A stretch of DNA of 63,792 nt, the filler included, from Choristocarpus tenellus KU-1152 (Eukaryota > Protista > Phaeophyceae): the NCBI GenBank assembly GCA_964200185.2. It is 11 parts of 11 records of this genome, joined end to end, with 100 filler letters (N's around TTAATTAATTAA, not from the genome) between each part and the next. Parts side by side here need not be neighbours in the genome. Positions count along the whole stretch, not along the records: positions 59,816 to 63,792 come from CAXNAD020016828.1; 10 more parts are not named here. One strand, given 5' to 3'. The notes beneath the pieces are model-generated. The model worked only from the letters and a program-made list of their open reading frames with translations, searched no databases and was not told the DNA's origin. Shown piece by piece: positions 63,525 through 63,792 of this stretch. The translations under genes and the position numbers were made by a program. Positions within the stretch are counted from its first letter, which is position 1, and the number at the start of each line of letters is the position of its first letter.

Positions 63525-63792
63525 CTATCATGGGATAGACAACTCCCCCAAGTCTATCATCCCCCCTGTAAGTCACTCTATGCATAATGCTATGATGGGG
63601 TAGACAACTCCCCCAAGTCTATCATCCTCCCTGTAAGTCACTCTATTCACTACTAATGCTATGATGGGCTAGACAACTCCCCCAAGTCTATCATCCTCCC
63701 TGTAAGTCATTCTATGCACTACTAATGCTATGATGGGGTAGACAACTCCCCCAAGTCTATCATCCTCCCTGTAAGTCACTCTATGCACTACT
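63525..63792. repeat. 69-bp satellite/minisatellite, at least 4 units, runs off the window end
   Basis: TAGACAACTCCCCCAAGTCTATCATC starts at 63536, 63601, 63670 and 63739. Confidence 0.95.

Noticed and set aside
1-63792. Gene cluster or novel multi-gene system linking SulP, tyrosinase, subtilase, importin, Lhcf and NTPase
   Set aside because: Each gene sits on a different contig joined artificially; there is no linkage evidence.
63525-63792. CRISPR array
   Set aside because: Units are contiguous and near-identical with no unique spacers; eukaryotic context; no cas genes.

Overview
Eukaryotic nuclear DNA, almost certainly from a brown alga (Phaeophyceae), judged from an Lhcf fucoxanthin-chlorophyll protein, long TE-filled spliceosomal introns and the TE content. 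The window is not one locus. It is 11 separate contigs joined by an artificial 100-bp linker (44 N + TTAATTAATTAA + 44 N) starting at 7206, 10737, 18093, 21886, 25397, 31012, 47573, 51903, 55622 and 59716, plus two 10-N gaps, so neighbourhood across linkers is meaningless. I reconstructed partial intron-containing genes by hand: a SulP/SLC26-type anion transporter (5 exons, +), a membrane-anchored tyrosinase-like protein (3 exons, -), an S8 subtilase (2 exons, -), importin-7/8 (4 exons, -), Lhcf (exon 2, -), a signal-peptide P-loop NTPase (exon 1, +) and one large orphan exon. The rest is decayed Copia, Gypsy/chromovirus, LINE, mariner and pogo remnants, four MITE families and satellites. I found no evidence of a multi-gene novel system. 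The best leads are three MITE families sharing one terminus with mostly 4-bp TSDs (Sola2-like, with a possible longer parent element), an unrecognised dispersed protein-coding repeat, MITEs whose TIRs are themselves hairpins, and an uncharacterised probably plastid-targeted NTPase. All family assignments are motif recognition by eye, not database hits.
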